Positions 23,271 to 34,844 of a stretch of DNA of 64,000 nt are shown in pieces. Source of the stretch: Macrostomum hystrix. Lineage: Eukaryota > Animalia > Platyhelminthes. The DNA is taken from contig CATNEN010000033.1 of NCBI GenBank assembly GCA_950097015.1, forward strand, positions 5,084,001 through 5,148,000, read 5' to 3'. Position 1 is the stretch's first letter. The number at the start of each line of letters is the position of its first letter. Below the pieces are notes generated by a model. It was not told where the DNA came from. It searched no databases and worked only from the letters and a program-made list of their open reading frames with translations. A program made the position numbers and the translations under genes.

Positions 23271-23935
23271 GGAAAGGCAATTAGAATATAATTTCTATGC
23301 TAAAGTCTACTCGATTATATTTCGCAGAGGCTAACTAATGCTATCCAGCTGATACAATTGAATATTTATCTCACCTCGAAGTGGGCACAGGCGGACGGGG
23401 GCTGGCTGCTGGTACTGCTGCTTCTGCTGCTTGTGCTGCAACTGCTGCTACTGCTGCTATTGCTGCTACTGCTGCTGCTTGGCAAATGGGCACAGGCGGA
23501 CGGGGCTGGCTTCGGCTACCTGATGCTGCTGGCTGGTGCCGGCCGGTTTAGCTGCACTGAGCTGAGGATGAGCATGGAAAAAAGCAATTAGAATATAATT
23601 TTCGACGCTAAAGTCTACTCGAATATAGTTTGCTGAGGCTAACTAATGCTATCCAGCTGTACAATTTAATTTGTATCTCACACTCGAAGTGGGCACAGGC
23701 GGACGGGGTTGGCTGCTGGTACTGCTGCTTCTGCTGCACCTCGAAGTGGGCACGGGCAGATGGGGCTGGCTGCTGGTACTGATGCTGCTAGAGCTGTTGA
23801 AGCTGCTACTGAGCTGCTACTGCTGCTACTGCTGATGCTTCTGCTGATGCTGTCGGTTGCTTCTGCTGATGCTTCTGCTGATGCTGTCTGTTGCGCTGCA
23901 AATAAGAAAAAGGCTATGTATTTTAAATAGGCCAT
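23271..23935 (-). other. Duplicated exon/intron cassette encoding a PVRLCPLR motif
   Basis: 23271-23400 is repeated at 23578-23710. On the minus strand each copy reads ...CCGTCCGCCTGTGCCCACTTCGAG followed by a GTGAGA donor-like site. Confidence 0.4.
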
Positions 23936-25022
23936 ATAAGTATCTGTTCATAAATATGCATTACAAGCTGTGTTAATATAATAGGCCCTCAGATTAGTCT
24001 TTGTAATATATAATAGGCCCCTTCAATTAGTATTTGTATACATATAACAATCGGTCTGTTAATCTATATAGATAATAGCGCATGCAGTTCTCTATAATTA
24101 TAATATATTAGTAATCTCTGTAAGTGTTATGCAGTTCTGAGCTGCCTAGAAATATATTAGATCCTAATGCTTGCTGTTGACATAATAATAGATCCTGTGG
24201 CTCTCTGTCGATATTATATCTGTAGCCTGTTTTAATATAGTCCAAGCAAATAGAAGGCAGACTGTTGATTCGAATTGTGGATGAATCTCTGAAATTATAT
24301 TTGACTGTAAGCTGCAAGTTCGATCGAGCAGTTGGGCCGGGCTAAAACTAAAAGACTGCTACTTTGCTTGCCACCCTTTCTTTAAACCTTCGAAAGCGAA
24401 AGGGGGCGGCCCTGTCTCTAAATTCATAGTCTATGGTAAAAGGGTGTGGAAGGCCACTGCTCTGCCTTGAAAAGAGAAGCAGTGTGTCTGCTTTAACCAA
24501 TCGATAATGTCACCCCTGTGGCCATAGACTGAAGACGATCGAAGTCGTCCTCTCTTTCCATCTGCAGGTCTGTCTGGCGGCTCGGCACTGCTTTGAGGGA
24601 GGAAGATCGAGTTGGAGGGGGTGGGTGTGCTGTTCACTGGAAAATCGAATGTCTGAGCTGATTGTACTACATTGCAAATGAAAAATTTTTGTTTTTAAAA
24701 TTTATAAATGATTCAGAGGCTTATAATTTTTACAGCCGGGATGTTGTTGTTGTTGTTGTTGTTGTTAGGGACAACAGAAAAATAAGTGATTTATGTGCTC
24801 AACGCAGCACTCAATCGAATATAAATGCAGCAGCGATGACAACAGTACGGGACAATGTGCGCGCACAACACTTAAAATAGTGTATTCCATAATGGGATAA
24901 AGGGGCAGTATATATATTTATTTAGATGCACGCACAACGGACTGTATATAGCATGTGTTGCATGCATACTGAATTCAGTTCATACACCTATATGGCACTG
25001 CATCAATTTGTAATAACAATAG

Positions 25023-25624
25023 CTATGACAGACAACGAGTCGTGCTGCATCTTCTGTGGCGACGGCAGACCGCAGACGCACCCGAAACGCCACTTCCTGA
25101 GGAGGCACGCGGAGGAGGCTGTGCGCCAATTCCGACTCGAGGATGCCCCAGTCAAGGTGCGGCCCGTCCGAGGCATCTTGGGCAGCGGCGTCAGCCAAGC
25201 AGTCGTGCCAGATGGTCTGGCTCTGCCTGACGTGCAGCACCCACACGCGCAGCTCAGCCAACACTGAGCATGTACACGCGTGCCCAGCCTGCGGCAAGGT
25301 GCTGCGTAGGACAGCAAGGCAGCACAGGTGTCCAGCAGTGCCAGCTATTGTCGCTACCGTTGCTGTGGAACACCAGCAGCCACAGCCTCCGCAGCAGATG
25401 CCACCACCGCCTTCCGCAGCAGATGCCACCACCGCCTCCGCAGCAGCCTTCAGAGGCAGAACCAGCTGAATACGAGGCTGGGTCTCCTGTTGGCCGAGCT
25501 CTACAGCATCGCCGCGCCGTCCGTTGACGGTCGACCAGTCAGCGGCCAGTGCTCGGCTGTTGTCAGCCAGCCGTCCAGGCCGTCCGGCGACGCCTATTTG
25601 ACCCGACTGCGCCGCTGCTGCTGA
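25023..25624 (+). pseudogene. Zinc-finger protein (paralog B), frameshifted
   Basis: MTDNESCCIFCG...PKRHFLRRH, then CLTC...CPACGKVLRRTARQHRC in an adjacent frame. The layout matches the gene at 16396. Confidence 0.55.
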
Positions 25625-27848
25625 TGTCCTCACAGGAGGCCCCCGTAGTCGCTGACGATGACGATGATGGAGATGACGATGTCGGCTTGCTGCCCGGAAC
25701 AGCATCAGAATGCGGACGCTGCCGACGGTCCAGACGGTGGCAGCAGAGTCTTCCTCTTCGGGCTGCCTGTCTGCAGTTGGCCGGTGCAGGCCACCAAGGC
25801 AGCACTTTGTCGTCCCAGCACGTCATCGGCTGTGCTGTCAGCTGCACAGAGGCCGCTAGTGAAGCTGGCAGCTACCCCGCCGAGGCAGCGTCGAGCAGCT
25901 GCAGCAAAGTGGACTGCTGCAAAGAGAAGGCTGGCTAATGCCGAATTCGACCGGCTTCGATTGTCCATCTTCGGAGCAGAACTGCAGCAGGAAGCGTCGA
26001 CAAGCCGATCAGAAGCAGCAGCAACAGCGTCGCGGTCCGCGCTGTCGACACTTTCGCACGTCGCCACCTGCGAAGCCCGTGCCACCAGAGCTGCTGCAGC
26101 CGTTGGGTGACCGGCCCAGCATCTCCGCAACGGTGGAACGCCTGCGGGAGCTATGGTGGAGGGACCCATCGCGGGCCAGGATTGCGGCAACTTGTGCCAC
26201 CAGCAGCGTTGGCGCGACATCAGCAGGTCCGTGAGCTCGACGCTTCTACGCACCTGGCAGCGAAGCGGGCATATCGCTTGCAGACCTGCTGCTTCAGCCG
26301 GACAGGGTGCAGGACTGCTTCAGCGCTGAAACAGTCGGTGATGCCATGCAGCTGGCCCAGTCGACTGCTGCGCGCAAGTGCCAGGAGCTTGTCAGCATCT
26401 GCCGCTGCATGGAGGGCTGGCTGCGCGTGAGGGGCCTGCGAGGCGCCCAATGCCATCATGGCCGCCGTTGGCTTGCGCGAAGCCGAGCTGTTCTGCAGCA
26501 TCGACTCACCCTCGCCTGACAGCGAGCGCCCTGCTATTGAGGACGTCGACTCTGTCGGCAGTGGCGTCTGCTGGAGAATGCAGTTGGCGCAGAAGGCCAA
26601 CAACCCGCTGGCGGCTGAGCAGGCTCTCATCGCCCGCCTTAGCAGCGTGGTGCAGCAGGCTCGCGGCGAGTTCGGCAACGTCCGCGCCATCCAGCAGGTG
26701 AGCTAGCTGCACAGCAGCTGCATTAATGACAGTTAGTTCTATTTGGTTTTCGTGCTGCTATCTACTATAAGTAAACGCAACCACATTTATACTATGCAGG
26801 CAGTCTACAAGCTTGGCCACAACGAGCGGCCAGGTGGCCTTCATGGACACCTACGTCAACGTGGACGAGGTCGATGCCGTGTTCGCCCGCCGTGATCGTT
26901 TTTTTGCCATGCTACAAAGGCACAGCTGGACTTTGCTGCCAGTCGACGGCGAATGGGGCATGCAGGCAGCAGGTGTGGTCGCTGATGGCATCGCTGATGT
27001 CACCAAAGACAACGGCGAAGCAGATGATGGTGCCTTCAGTCGCCGGATGGTTTGTCTGCGGAGGATTGTGCAGGAGATGCTGTTCTACTGCAGCATTGAG
27101 CAGCCCCTGCGACTTCCTGCCGTGGATCTACATCCGTCGGCGACACCTGGTCGACCGTTCGGTTCGGCGAAACGCGTCGGCCGACCAAAAACAGCTGTTC
27201 CGCCAACACACGCAAAGTGCAGATGGGGAGAGCGGGCCGTCCGCTGCCGATCTGGCTGGGCACTCGCATCTCGTCCTGCCGCTGCGTGAAGTGCCGCACA
27301 AGGTCGGACACTTCCGGCGACCCAGCCAGGATGGTGCTGCCGGATCTATTCTGCGAGGCCTTGCTGCGCCTGCACGACGAATATATCGTGCCGTCGCTTG
27401 CTGCTCGCGGCATCGAGCAACCGGAGTCGCCGACCGTCTTCATTGATGTGTTCGGCGGTGTGTACAGCCAGTCGGCAATGAGCGCATGATCAGCGCAGGC
27501 GGGCAGCGAGTACTGGGTCGGCACTATGTGGCCACGCACTGGCGTCGCACCCTCTGTGCCGTAGTGCTCATGATGGAGCCGGAGCAGCTGGATATGTTCG
27601 CCAGAGCGCACGGCACATCTGCAGCTGTCATCCGGTACAATTATGGGCACAATGCCCAGATGGCCACCGAGATGGGCACAGTAATTCGCAGCCGCGATAT
27701 TGTCCGCCGGTTTGTGGTGCCATCAGGTGACGCAGAGATGCGACCAATAGTTAGGCCGCCGACCCAGGGACTCATCAGCAGCCTGGCTGGTGGAAGTGGG
27801 GAGGTGGCGGCGAGCACCCCAACGAGCCGACGCAGTCCTGCACGGTAG
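25624..27848 (+). pseudogene. Tyrosine recombinase (YR) with a long N-terminal region; spliced and frameshifted
   Basis: Motifs across frames: QPLR/DFL (Arg I), LVLPLREVPHK (Lys), VLPDLFCEALLRLH...TVFIDVFG, ATHWRRTLCA (H-x-R-R) and FARAHGTSAAVIRYNY (catalytic Tyr 10 residues after Gly). A GTGAGC...ATGCAG intron lies at 26698-26799. Confidence 0.7.
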
Positions 27849-28123
27849 ACCGGTGGCCGGAAAGCGACGGCGGCTGCACTCAGTGGCGGAGCATAATTTT
27901 GATTGATTCGCCCTGCCTGCCCGCCCTGTCTGTCTGCCTGCTTTATTTAAGATTTTATATATACAATATATATAGTATATATATATTTAAATATTTAAAT
28001 AGTGAGTGAAAAACACCGTGGGGCAGATAAAGGGGGGCCGGGACAGAGAGAAAACACGCAGAGAAAACATGCACAGGCCTTCGAGGGAGGGATAATTGAA
28101 TTCGTTTGACTGCATGTTACTGC

Positions 28124-28161
28124 AGCGTATAAAGCGCGCACATGTGCGCGCTTTATACGCT
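28124..28161. other. Perfect 38-bp palindrome
   Basis: AGCGTATAAAGCGCGCACA|TGTGCGCGCTTTATACGCT, with no loop and no mismatch. Confidence 0.95.
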
Positions 28162-28371
28162 AATGTTATTATAATTGATATTATATGCTATAGTTAAGAA
28201 TATTGATTGCATTGATTGACTGATTACTCCCGTTGATAATATTATACTTTATTGTTTTGTTGATAGAATTATTTAATTAGCCATAGATTTATCTGACAAT
28301 TATTAAACAAATGCTGCTAACTGCTCTACTTATAGTAGTCAAGTAAGCAATTTAATTTTTAGATTTAGGTA

Positions 28372-28480
28372 CAGTTCATAGTGCGCGCACAATACTTAAA
28401 AAATATAAGGATCGTCGTTCTAAAATTAGAGCTGACATGCCTTATATATTTTTTAGGGAATGTGCGCGCACTACAGACTG
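28372..28480. mobile_element. Short MITE-like element (CAGT...ACTG ends, TA flanks), copy 1
   Basis: Imperfect TIRs CAGTTCATAGTGCGCGCACA / TGTGCGCGCACTACAGACTG. A second copy lies at 33085-33209. Confidence 0.55.
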
Positions 28481-29986
28481 TACACATTGAATTTCGTAGA
28501 ATTTAGCGCGAATTTGAAATTTTAGTTTCTTATTATAAAAATCTATAAATAACTGAGTAGCACTATATGCAGCTGTTAATTGCCGTTATTAAATCGTACT
28601 ACTATATTATATGTATAGCTTTTTGCGTCCATCCAAATTGTATTTAATGCACACATCATTACTACATGTATTTTAATAGATTGTTGTTTCAGATGCGCTT
28701 GTTGATTATCATCTTAAATTAGTTTTTTTCAAATCCATACGTACCGTCTACATGTAGTTCTTGATCGAATGCTTTTTCTTGATTTACCGGTACCTTTATT
28801 CACACATTAATGCATGCAGTCAGCTTTTCATACCATATACTAGTATACTTGCTCAAATTATTATAGCTCAATTATTATAAATTATAATAACACAAATAGC
28901 GCCCAAATAAGCACATAACAACTGCGTGTGTGTAAAATTATTTTTAGACTACTATTAATAAAGGAATGCGATAAACTCAAGACATAGACAAAGCTTAGGC
29001 ACATAGAAACTAAATTTTATCAGGAAGGACTGTATTGCTCATCTTGAGCACACAAGTCAAAGAGAGCTAGCTCGCGCACTGATTGATTTCTCTATGCCAA
29101 TCGATTAAGACAGACTCGATCGTTCCCAAGCTACACTTTGATTTTCAATACCAACTCTATTAATCAACCAAATCAGCTCCTTCGTGATCTACTATTTCGT
29201 TTCGACTGCCCCCTACACTGTTCCGATTGCTCGCTCCAGCTGCGACCCCAACGACGACGACTGCGTTTAAAGTGATTTTTATCTGCGCTCCACAAGGTAG
29301 GCAATCATTGTTAATTATTCTAGCTGCCCATCTATCTAACTTGTTGGAGAGCAGCAACAGCAACAACAACAACAACTATTTGTTGGCGGTGAGGGATTAA
29401 AAAGTTTAATGGAGCCGGTACAGAAAAAGTAGAACGGCAATAAAATGGGGACAATTGAAATTGTCGACAGCCTGCGACATATGCTAAATGAAAATATTGA
29501 CTCTGAAATAATAGAACTCAAATAAAAGCAATCAGATAAGAGCGAGAAGCGATCCTGAGAACAAGTAATAAATGCCATCTCCATCTCTTAGCACATCTAG
29601 ACTGACGAGCAACAAAAACACTAGGAAAACACTGCGCGCTATTTAATTCAATTAAACTAATCCCATCTAATGCTTTATAAATTGCTATAGTCCGCGCACA
29701 TTTCTGCTACCCCGTTTTCTGCAACTGCGTGCCAGGTATAGATTATAATATATGGTGCTGTTAAACAGCCGACGAACCAAAAGCCATTCCTTATTTAGCC
29801 CAATAAGGACTTATATTTTGTGTTATGTAATATTTTGTTATGTAATATTTTGGCCGTCTAGCTATTTCTGCCTGCCCACATCTGCTAACCCGCTTTAAGA
29901 TGGTGGTGGAGACAAAATACGGGCGCAGGGATGAAATAATTTAGCAATAGACAGACAGACAGACAGACATATAAAGGCGGCCTCAT

Positions 29987-32782
29987 TCAACCTGGGCGTT
30001 GGCGGCGGCGGCTCCGAACATTGGCTGCTGGCGGCACCCCCCCTGGCAGGCCTCGATGTCGTGGTCGACCCTCGACGCACGTGTTGCCCTCGTTGCGCAG
30101 GCGCCGCTGCACGTCAGCCGGGTAGTCGTCAGGTGAGGCGTGGCCGGCCATGATCACCAGCCGTTGGCCCCAGTCCAGGTAGACGTGCGCCTGGTGCTTC
30201 GCATTGACCAGGAAGCTGTTGCCGTTCAGCAGGCGCAACAGCGTGGTCTCCAGGTCGCCGCCCCTCGAACATGTGCGGCCGCACCTCGTCAGAAAGATGA
30301 CGGAGTGGCGCGCGGTGTCCAGGCCGTTCGAACATGAAGTCATTGCCACCGAAGCGCTTGATGACCGGACAGAAGACGCGCTCCTGGCCCAGGTGGCGCT
30401 CGACGCGGTGGTCTTGCCGACTCCCGACGGCCCGTAAAGGTACACAACGCCCGACTGGTGGCGAAGGGCTGTGCAGACGGCCTCTCGGAGCGGGCACAGG
30501 TTCCTAATGTCGGCAGCCTCGGTGGAACATGCGGAACAGCCGGCGAGCTGCTCCCTGCGAATCCGGCGCTGGCGCTGCACGTCTCTAAAGACCCCCAGCA
30601 ACGTGGCGCGCATCTGCTGGTGGGCCAACAAGAAAGCCGTCAGTCTGGTCGGGCAGGTTGGCAGTCAGCGGGTAGGACAGCGCCCACCGAGTCGCTTGCA
30701 CCAGCATGCTGCACTGCGTGGCGCCGATCCCGATCAGCAGCGGGTAGCCGTCGTGCTGCGTCAGGCTCCGCAGCACACTGTCTGGCGAGCGGACGCCGCA
30801 CAGCGTCAGGGTGGTCCGGTCGGGCACCACAAAGCAGCGTCCCTCGTCTCGGCTAGGCAGCAGGCTGAACAGCAGCTCGTACAAATGCCAGCCGGCCGCG
30901 TTGGTCTCCAGGCGCACGAAGCCGGACAGAGTGCGGTGTGGCCGATACTCGCTGTGCTGCTGCTGCTGCTGCTGTTGCTCCATCTCGTCGACGGAGAGCG
31001 GGTCAGCGACTAGCCGCCGGTCGCAGAACTCATCCATGCCGACGCAGAGGCCCGGGCTGGACGCCAGGACGAGCTCGACACAGTGTGCCTCCAGAGCCTC
31101 GCCCAGATATACTTTGGCACGACCTGTTTATGTAGGCAGCATGCAAACAGTGGATGCCAGCAGCTGGTTATATGATTCAGAGCTTATGAACAAAGCAAGT
31201 GACTCACCGACGAAGCGCACCTTGTCGATGTGGAAGACGTGCAAATAGCGGCGCCCGGTCAGAATGCCGCTGTCCTCGGGCAGTCGCTCCGCAGGAGCAG
31301 CACCGGTCATTGCGAGCGGCCGGCTGACTGAGCGCGTCACAGTGAACTGCTGCTGTGCTGCTGCCGCATTAAGCAGCGGATTTTGGCCCAGCCGTCGCAC
31401 CCCTCGGCCGCCTCGTTTGTCCTCTGGCGCCGCCGACCCCGCTCCCGCTCGCCTCGCTGTCCCCCTGCTGTTGCTGGAGGAAGTGAATAAGCTGTGCCGC
31501 AGACGCCGGCGGACTGTAGCTGAAGGGCACCAGCGAGGGAGGACGCTCGAGCTGCACCTGCTCTTGTTGCTGCAGCGGCTGTGGTGTTAATATGCGCCAC
31601 CACTCCTCGCCGACAGGGACGGACTGGCTGGCCTCATTCATAGCGGCCACCACGGCTGCTGCGAATGCCGCTGTGCCAGGCGACACCACGTAGGCCGTCG
31701 TCTCATCTTCCGGACGCTGAGACGGTGTGGTCTTGGCGACTGCTAATCGTCGGCCATCGGGCTGCGAGTCTGGCACCATGGCGCCCACAATGGAGCAGTC
31801 GGCAGCAGCAGCAACAGCGGGAGCAGTCGTTTCGAGCCGCTGGAAACGGAATCTCCGCCTCCCTGGCTGCTGTTGTTGGTCGGGCCGCGACTTGAGGCGG
31901 GTTTCGGCACCGTGCTGGCGGCCTCCTCCATTTCCGCATCAGCGCCCGACGGTGGGGGATCTGCAGCGACTGACAGCGCAACGGTGGACGCCTCGTAGTC
32001 CAGCAGTGCCTGCAGAGCATCGCGGTCGTCGCTATCCATCGCCGCCTCCTGCTCGTTAGGCTCCGATGGCTCCGCCTTTGTGCGAGTTGCCGCTGTCGGC
32101 CTGCCGTTATCGGCGCGCTCGTCGTCGACGTCCTCAATCTCGATGACGACGGGGCTGCCGAGGCTGTAGGGCTGCCGTGGACATGTCGGGGCGCATCAGA
32201 CGCCGCCCCGTCGCCATCGCCGCAGTTGGCAGGAGCATGTCGCCTGACGTGCCTGATCGCTGCCGGCGATGACCATCTGCTGGTGGCCTTCTTGGCACTC
32301 CGGTGCTGATCTCCGAGCCAAGCCAGCATGCTCCCTTTTGGCGCAGTCGAGGCTGAGGCTGCCATCGCGTGGGAGATGGGCGCGTAGACGGCCGATATAC
32401 TGGCAGGCGGTGGCTGCTGATTGCCTGTGGACATCTGGTCACTGGCAGGCTGCTGCTCTCCAGTGTTTAGGCGCATGACACCGCTCAATGGCAGCAGGCT
32501 GAAGTCGTCGGCGTCGCTGCTGATGTTAGCCACCGCTGCTGTCTGCACTGGGGTGAAAGTATATATACGCTTTGGGCCTGGCGTAGATTCTGCGGCTGCT
32601 GCATTGACAATCCGACGTTGAGAGGGAGCGCTCTTTCTTTTTCGCTGTGATGGTGGCTGGCGAGTTGATGACGCTACCGGCCCGGCGGAGTTACTATCTT
32701 GGGCAACTCTCTCAAACTCGTCCAGCGCGGCCGCAATTCGCTCATCGTCGCTGTCGCAGCCGGTTGAAAAGTTGAACGACAT
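29987..32782 (-). pseudogene. Large protein with a C-terminal SF3-helicase-like ATPase (paralog 1); spliced and frameshifted
   Basis: Walker A GVVYLYGPSGVGKT; Walker B IFL(D)E after frameshift correction; LLRLLNGNSFLVNAK; motif-C-like LVIMAGH; Arg finger QRRL. An in-frame GTGAGT...AAACAG intron (31207-31124) links the upstream ORFs. The N-terminus is low complexity. Confidence 0.65.
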
Positions 32783-33084
32783 TCTGTGCTTCCGCAGGTT
32801 AATTATAGGCGCGTTCAAATTTGGATGTATGAAAATGAGCAGGCTGCAGAAAGCCAACGCAGTCCCAGGTACTCAACTTCAACTGGGTGCAACAGGGTGG
32901 GATTCGCTATTAATAATAGAGTCCCAAGTACGTCCCAAGGAGGAGGAGCAGGCTATTTAGGATGAGCAGCAGATAGTACCAGTGTTACTAGCTTTAAACT
33001 GATAGATTGAGATTCTATTAATAGGTGCTTAATTAGGTTAATTCGGATCCCGTTAAGTTGATTGTGTACTTTTAGCTAGAAGTA

Positions 33085-33209
33085 CAGTTCATAGTGCGCG
33101 CACATTACTTAAAAATATATAAGGACTTGCCTGCTATTTTTAGGTAGATAAGCACCTCGCATCGTCTTATGTATATATTTCTTAGGGATTGTGCGCGCAC
33201 CACGAACTG
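33085..33209. mobile_element. Short MITE-like element, copy 2
   Basis: CAGTTCATAGTGCGCGCACA ... TGTGCGCGCACCACGAACTG with TA on both sides. Confidence 0.55.
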
Positions 33210-33379
33210 TACTCTTATACGGTCTATTTTTAGGTTATCAAAAATAAACTTACCGGTATCGAGTTGGATCTGCCAACTTAGTTGATACTAAACCATTCTT
33301 TTATTGGTGCAGAGTTGGTTTGGGTTCACAAAACAGGGATAAGTTATTTAAACTGTCTAGCTAAGTCTTTTTGCTGCTG

Positions 33380-33853
33380 CTACTGCTCCATTCGATATTG
33401 GCGACTCCGGAGCAACTCTCGCAGTCTAGCACTTTGCTGCACGCCGCGCCAGTAGTCCAGCCCGTGTAGAATGTGCTGCAGCTCCGAACAGGTGTCCTCC
33501 AGCAGGCCTAGCAGCTCGGCCAAGTCGAAAGCCTCGTTCTCTGTTAGGCAGGTCACCTCCAGGATGGTCTCGTAGCCCGCAGCTGTCTGGTGTTGTAGCA
33601 GCCAGTCCAGGAGGCTCTTCAGCAAGGTGTGTAGCTGGGTGGCATTCAGCTCAGCATTCGGGCAGTGGCGCTGCAGGCAGGTCAGCTGCTCCAGTCGTCC
33701 TCGGTGCGCCAGGAACGGGGCCAGGCAGGCGATGTCGCATCTGGCCAGGAGTGCCACGATGGCCGGCGAGCCGAACAGCGCCACAGGATGAGCATTCATC
33801 GTGGTTCTACGCACCCAACAATGTCGTGAGTGCAGCAGCAACGCGTCTAACAC
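33380..33853 (-). CDS. Divergent paralog of the 130-aa family (likely start Met at 33799)
   Basis: LARCDIACLAPFLAHRGRLEQL...PNAE...VTCLTENEAFDLAELLGLLE...ELQHILHGLDYW aligns by eye with the module A gene 2 product. The ORF is intact. Confidence 0.7.
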   Translation of the reverse strand: MLDALLLHSRHCWVRRTTMNAHPVALFGSPAIVALLARCDIACLAPFLAHRGRLEQLTCLQRHCPNAELNATQLHTLLKSLLDWLLQHQTAAGYETILEVTCLTENEAFDLAELLGLLEDTCSELQHILHGLDYWRGVQQSARLRELLRSRQYRMEQ

Positions 33854-34177
33854 TAGCTAATACCGCTATAGTCACTATATATCCCACAGTATATTGGAAA
33901 AATTTCGATCGATCATCACAGTGCGAAATGGGTCCCTAACTCAGGTGCGGGCAGTGGCATGGGGCTGCAGTCATCATGTAACGTAAGATAATACCCTGCA
34001 TGAAACTCATTTCATAGAATGTTCGAACTGCATTCCGCTGCTGTCACAACTGCGCCATTTGAAACAAAATTATCATGACAGGTATAATGTATTCAATCAG
34101 CCAACCGATCTCGCACCTAACACTGCAACAATTGCTATCAGTAGTCATCAATTTAGAATTATAGCAAAGCGGGTCGC

Positions 34178-34558
34178 GGGCTCTTTTGCTGCATAAGAAA
34201 GCATTAAGGGTTGAGTCGGGCTCTTTTGCTCCATAAGAAAGCATTAAGGGTTGAGTCGGGCTCTTTTGCTGCATAAGAAAGCATTAAGGGTTGAGTCGGG
34301 CTCTTTTGCTGCATAAGAAAGCATTAAGGGTTGAGTCGGGCTCTTTTGCTGCATAAGAAAGCATTAAGGGTTGAGTCGGGCTCTTTTGCTGCATAAGAAA
34401 GCATTAAGGGTTGAGTCGGGCTCTTTTGCTGCATAAGAAAGCATAGGGGACTCGGCCGGGCTCTTTTGCTGCATAAGAAAGCATAGGGGACTCGGCCGGG
34501 CTCTTTTGCTGCATAAGAAGCATAGGGGACTCGGCCGGGCTCTTTTGCTGCATAAGAA
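34178..34558. repeat. 40-bp tandem array (GGGCTCTTTTGCTGCATAAGAAAGCATTAAGGGTTGAGTC)
   Basis: Ten copies of the core. The last three junctions carry the variant GCATAGGGGACTCGGCC. Confidence 0.95.
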
Positions 34559-34844
34559 TCGCTACATAAAAAACCATAGACTACACAGCCGGCTGAATTG
34601 CCGCTATTGCAATTTCAATAGAGAGAGTGAGTGCGAGCGAGGAAAATATGTTCATCTTCGTATCGTTAGTATTTTTGCAAAAAAACTGTCATTATTTTTC
34701 ATTCACAGGTATTCATTACAATATATAGATAGCATATAGTCTTTTCGCGAAAAAAATCCACTCATGACTCTTGGCAATTTGCAGAAATACTAAATGTGTC
34801 TATGGTTAAAAATGTACAAGATACTTAGTCTAATAATATGCATG

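Noticed and set aside
24980-27650. Minus-strand ORFs over the zinc-finger/YR region
   Set aside because: They are GC-rich antisense shadows. The conserved motifs are all on the plus strand.
30860-30930. Calling an HUH endonuclease from GWHLY in helicase paralog 1
   Set aside because: The second His is Tyr and the motif is not conserved in paralog 2 (GYTVY). It is kept only as a hypothesis.
34178-34558. CRISPR-like appearance of a regularly spaced array (also 51930-53350 and 15885-16200)
   Set aside because: There are no unique spacers because the units are wholly repeated. No cas genes are present and the context is eukaryotic.
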